This document shows positions 63,501 through 64,000 of a stretch of DNA of 64,000 nt, piece after piece. The stretch comes from Takakia lepidozioides. Lineage: Eukaryota; Plantae; Bryophyta. The notes below the pieces were generated by a model, which saw only the letters and a list, made by a program, of their open reading frames with translations, made no database searches and was not told where the DNA came from. The stretch is taken from the NCBI GenBank assembly GCA_030704615.1, contig CM060734.1, positions 7,998,001 through 8,062,000 on the forward strand, given 5' to 3'. A program made the translations under genes and the position numbers. The stretch's first letter is position 1. Every line of letters begins with the position of its first letter.

Positions 63501-64000
63501 TTCCAGGGTACTGCCTTATGTTGATCCCCTAAAACATGTGGAAGTCAGGAGTGAAAATCCAGTACAACCAAAACAAGTGGTTATCTGCTGGGCTCCAACT
63601 TCGGTGGGTCATTCCATAGACCCCTCCTAACCAAGCAGCCAGTCCACGTGACTACAGGCTTTCAGCATTAATTCATTCAAGTTGAACTACAGAGGCCCAC
63701 TCTCCCTGCTGCCTAACTTTGTGCAGCGAGAGGGGGAGGGTAGAAGGAGGAAAGGAGAGAAGGCAGATGCTGCTCACTGTTGGCAAATCCAAGAGCAGCT
63801 TCCTACCTAAAGTAGTCAATACAGGCTGTATACCTCATCATGCACAGACCAAGGCTGCTCCAGGCTCCCAAAAGGTCCATTCAACGCATTGAGCTCTGTT
63901 GCACCGCAACCCCTGTTATCTGCATCTGCAGCATGCACATACATTCGAGTGAGAACTGGAAAGACAATTACAAGCACCTTATTCAGGCAACTTAGGCTGT
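60540..64000 (-). mobile_element. Highly degenerate non-LTR retrotransposon remnant
   Basis: RT-like pieces KRGE-SDPLS (about 62430-62460), LYVDD (about 61965-61980) and AYLG (about 61525) occur in the expected order, with many stops. Confidence 0.4.

Overview
Eukaryotic, transposon-saturated DNA with no intact host gene. Spliceosomal-type introns, PLS-class PPR fragments and TTTAGGG motifs point to a land plant, possibly a seed-free one (inference). From left to right: the right end of a CACTA element (to 7131); a LINE fragment with chromodomain, PCIF1-like methyltransferase-like domain and RNase H; MITEs; L1 and hAT remnants. From about 17.4 to 48.7 kb lie pieces of large, multi-gene DNA-transposon-like blocks. 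Block A has a spliced ParB-like gene with a degenerate methyltransferase-like tail and an FCP1-like domain, and is dotted with CACGCGCGATCGCGCGTG palindromes. A large hAT element carries its transposase, a RING-H2 gene and a truncated kinase gene, each preceded by TGCGACCACC..GGTGGTCGCA palindrome arrays and a TATA box. Block B has a second ParB(DGNHR)+methyltransferase-like gene, an array of about 30 copies of a 28-bp palindrome, and a GCM-like/MULE transposase split into two exactly complementary halves of opposite orientation. These are followed by a complete Pack-CACTA carrying PPR fragments (49179-52206, TSD GCT), Helitron-like repeats and decayed LINEs. The best candidate for a new system is transposon-borne ParB-fold/methyltransferase-like proteins paired with element-specific palindromic sites. 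All domain calls come from motif recognition by eye, not database searches, and most boundaries are approximate.
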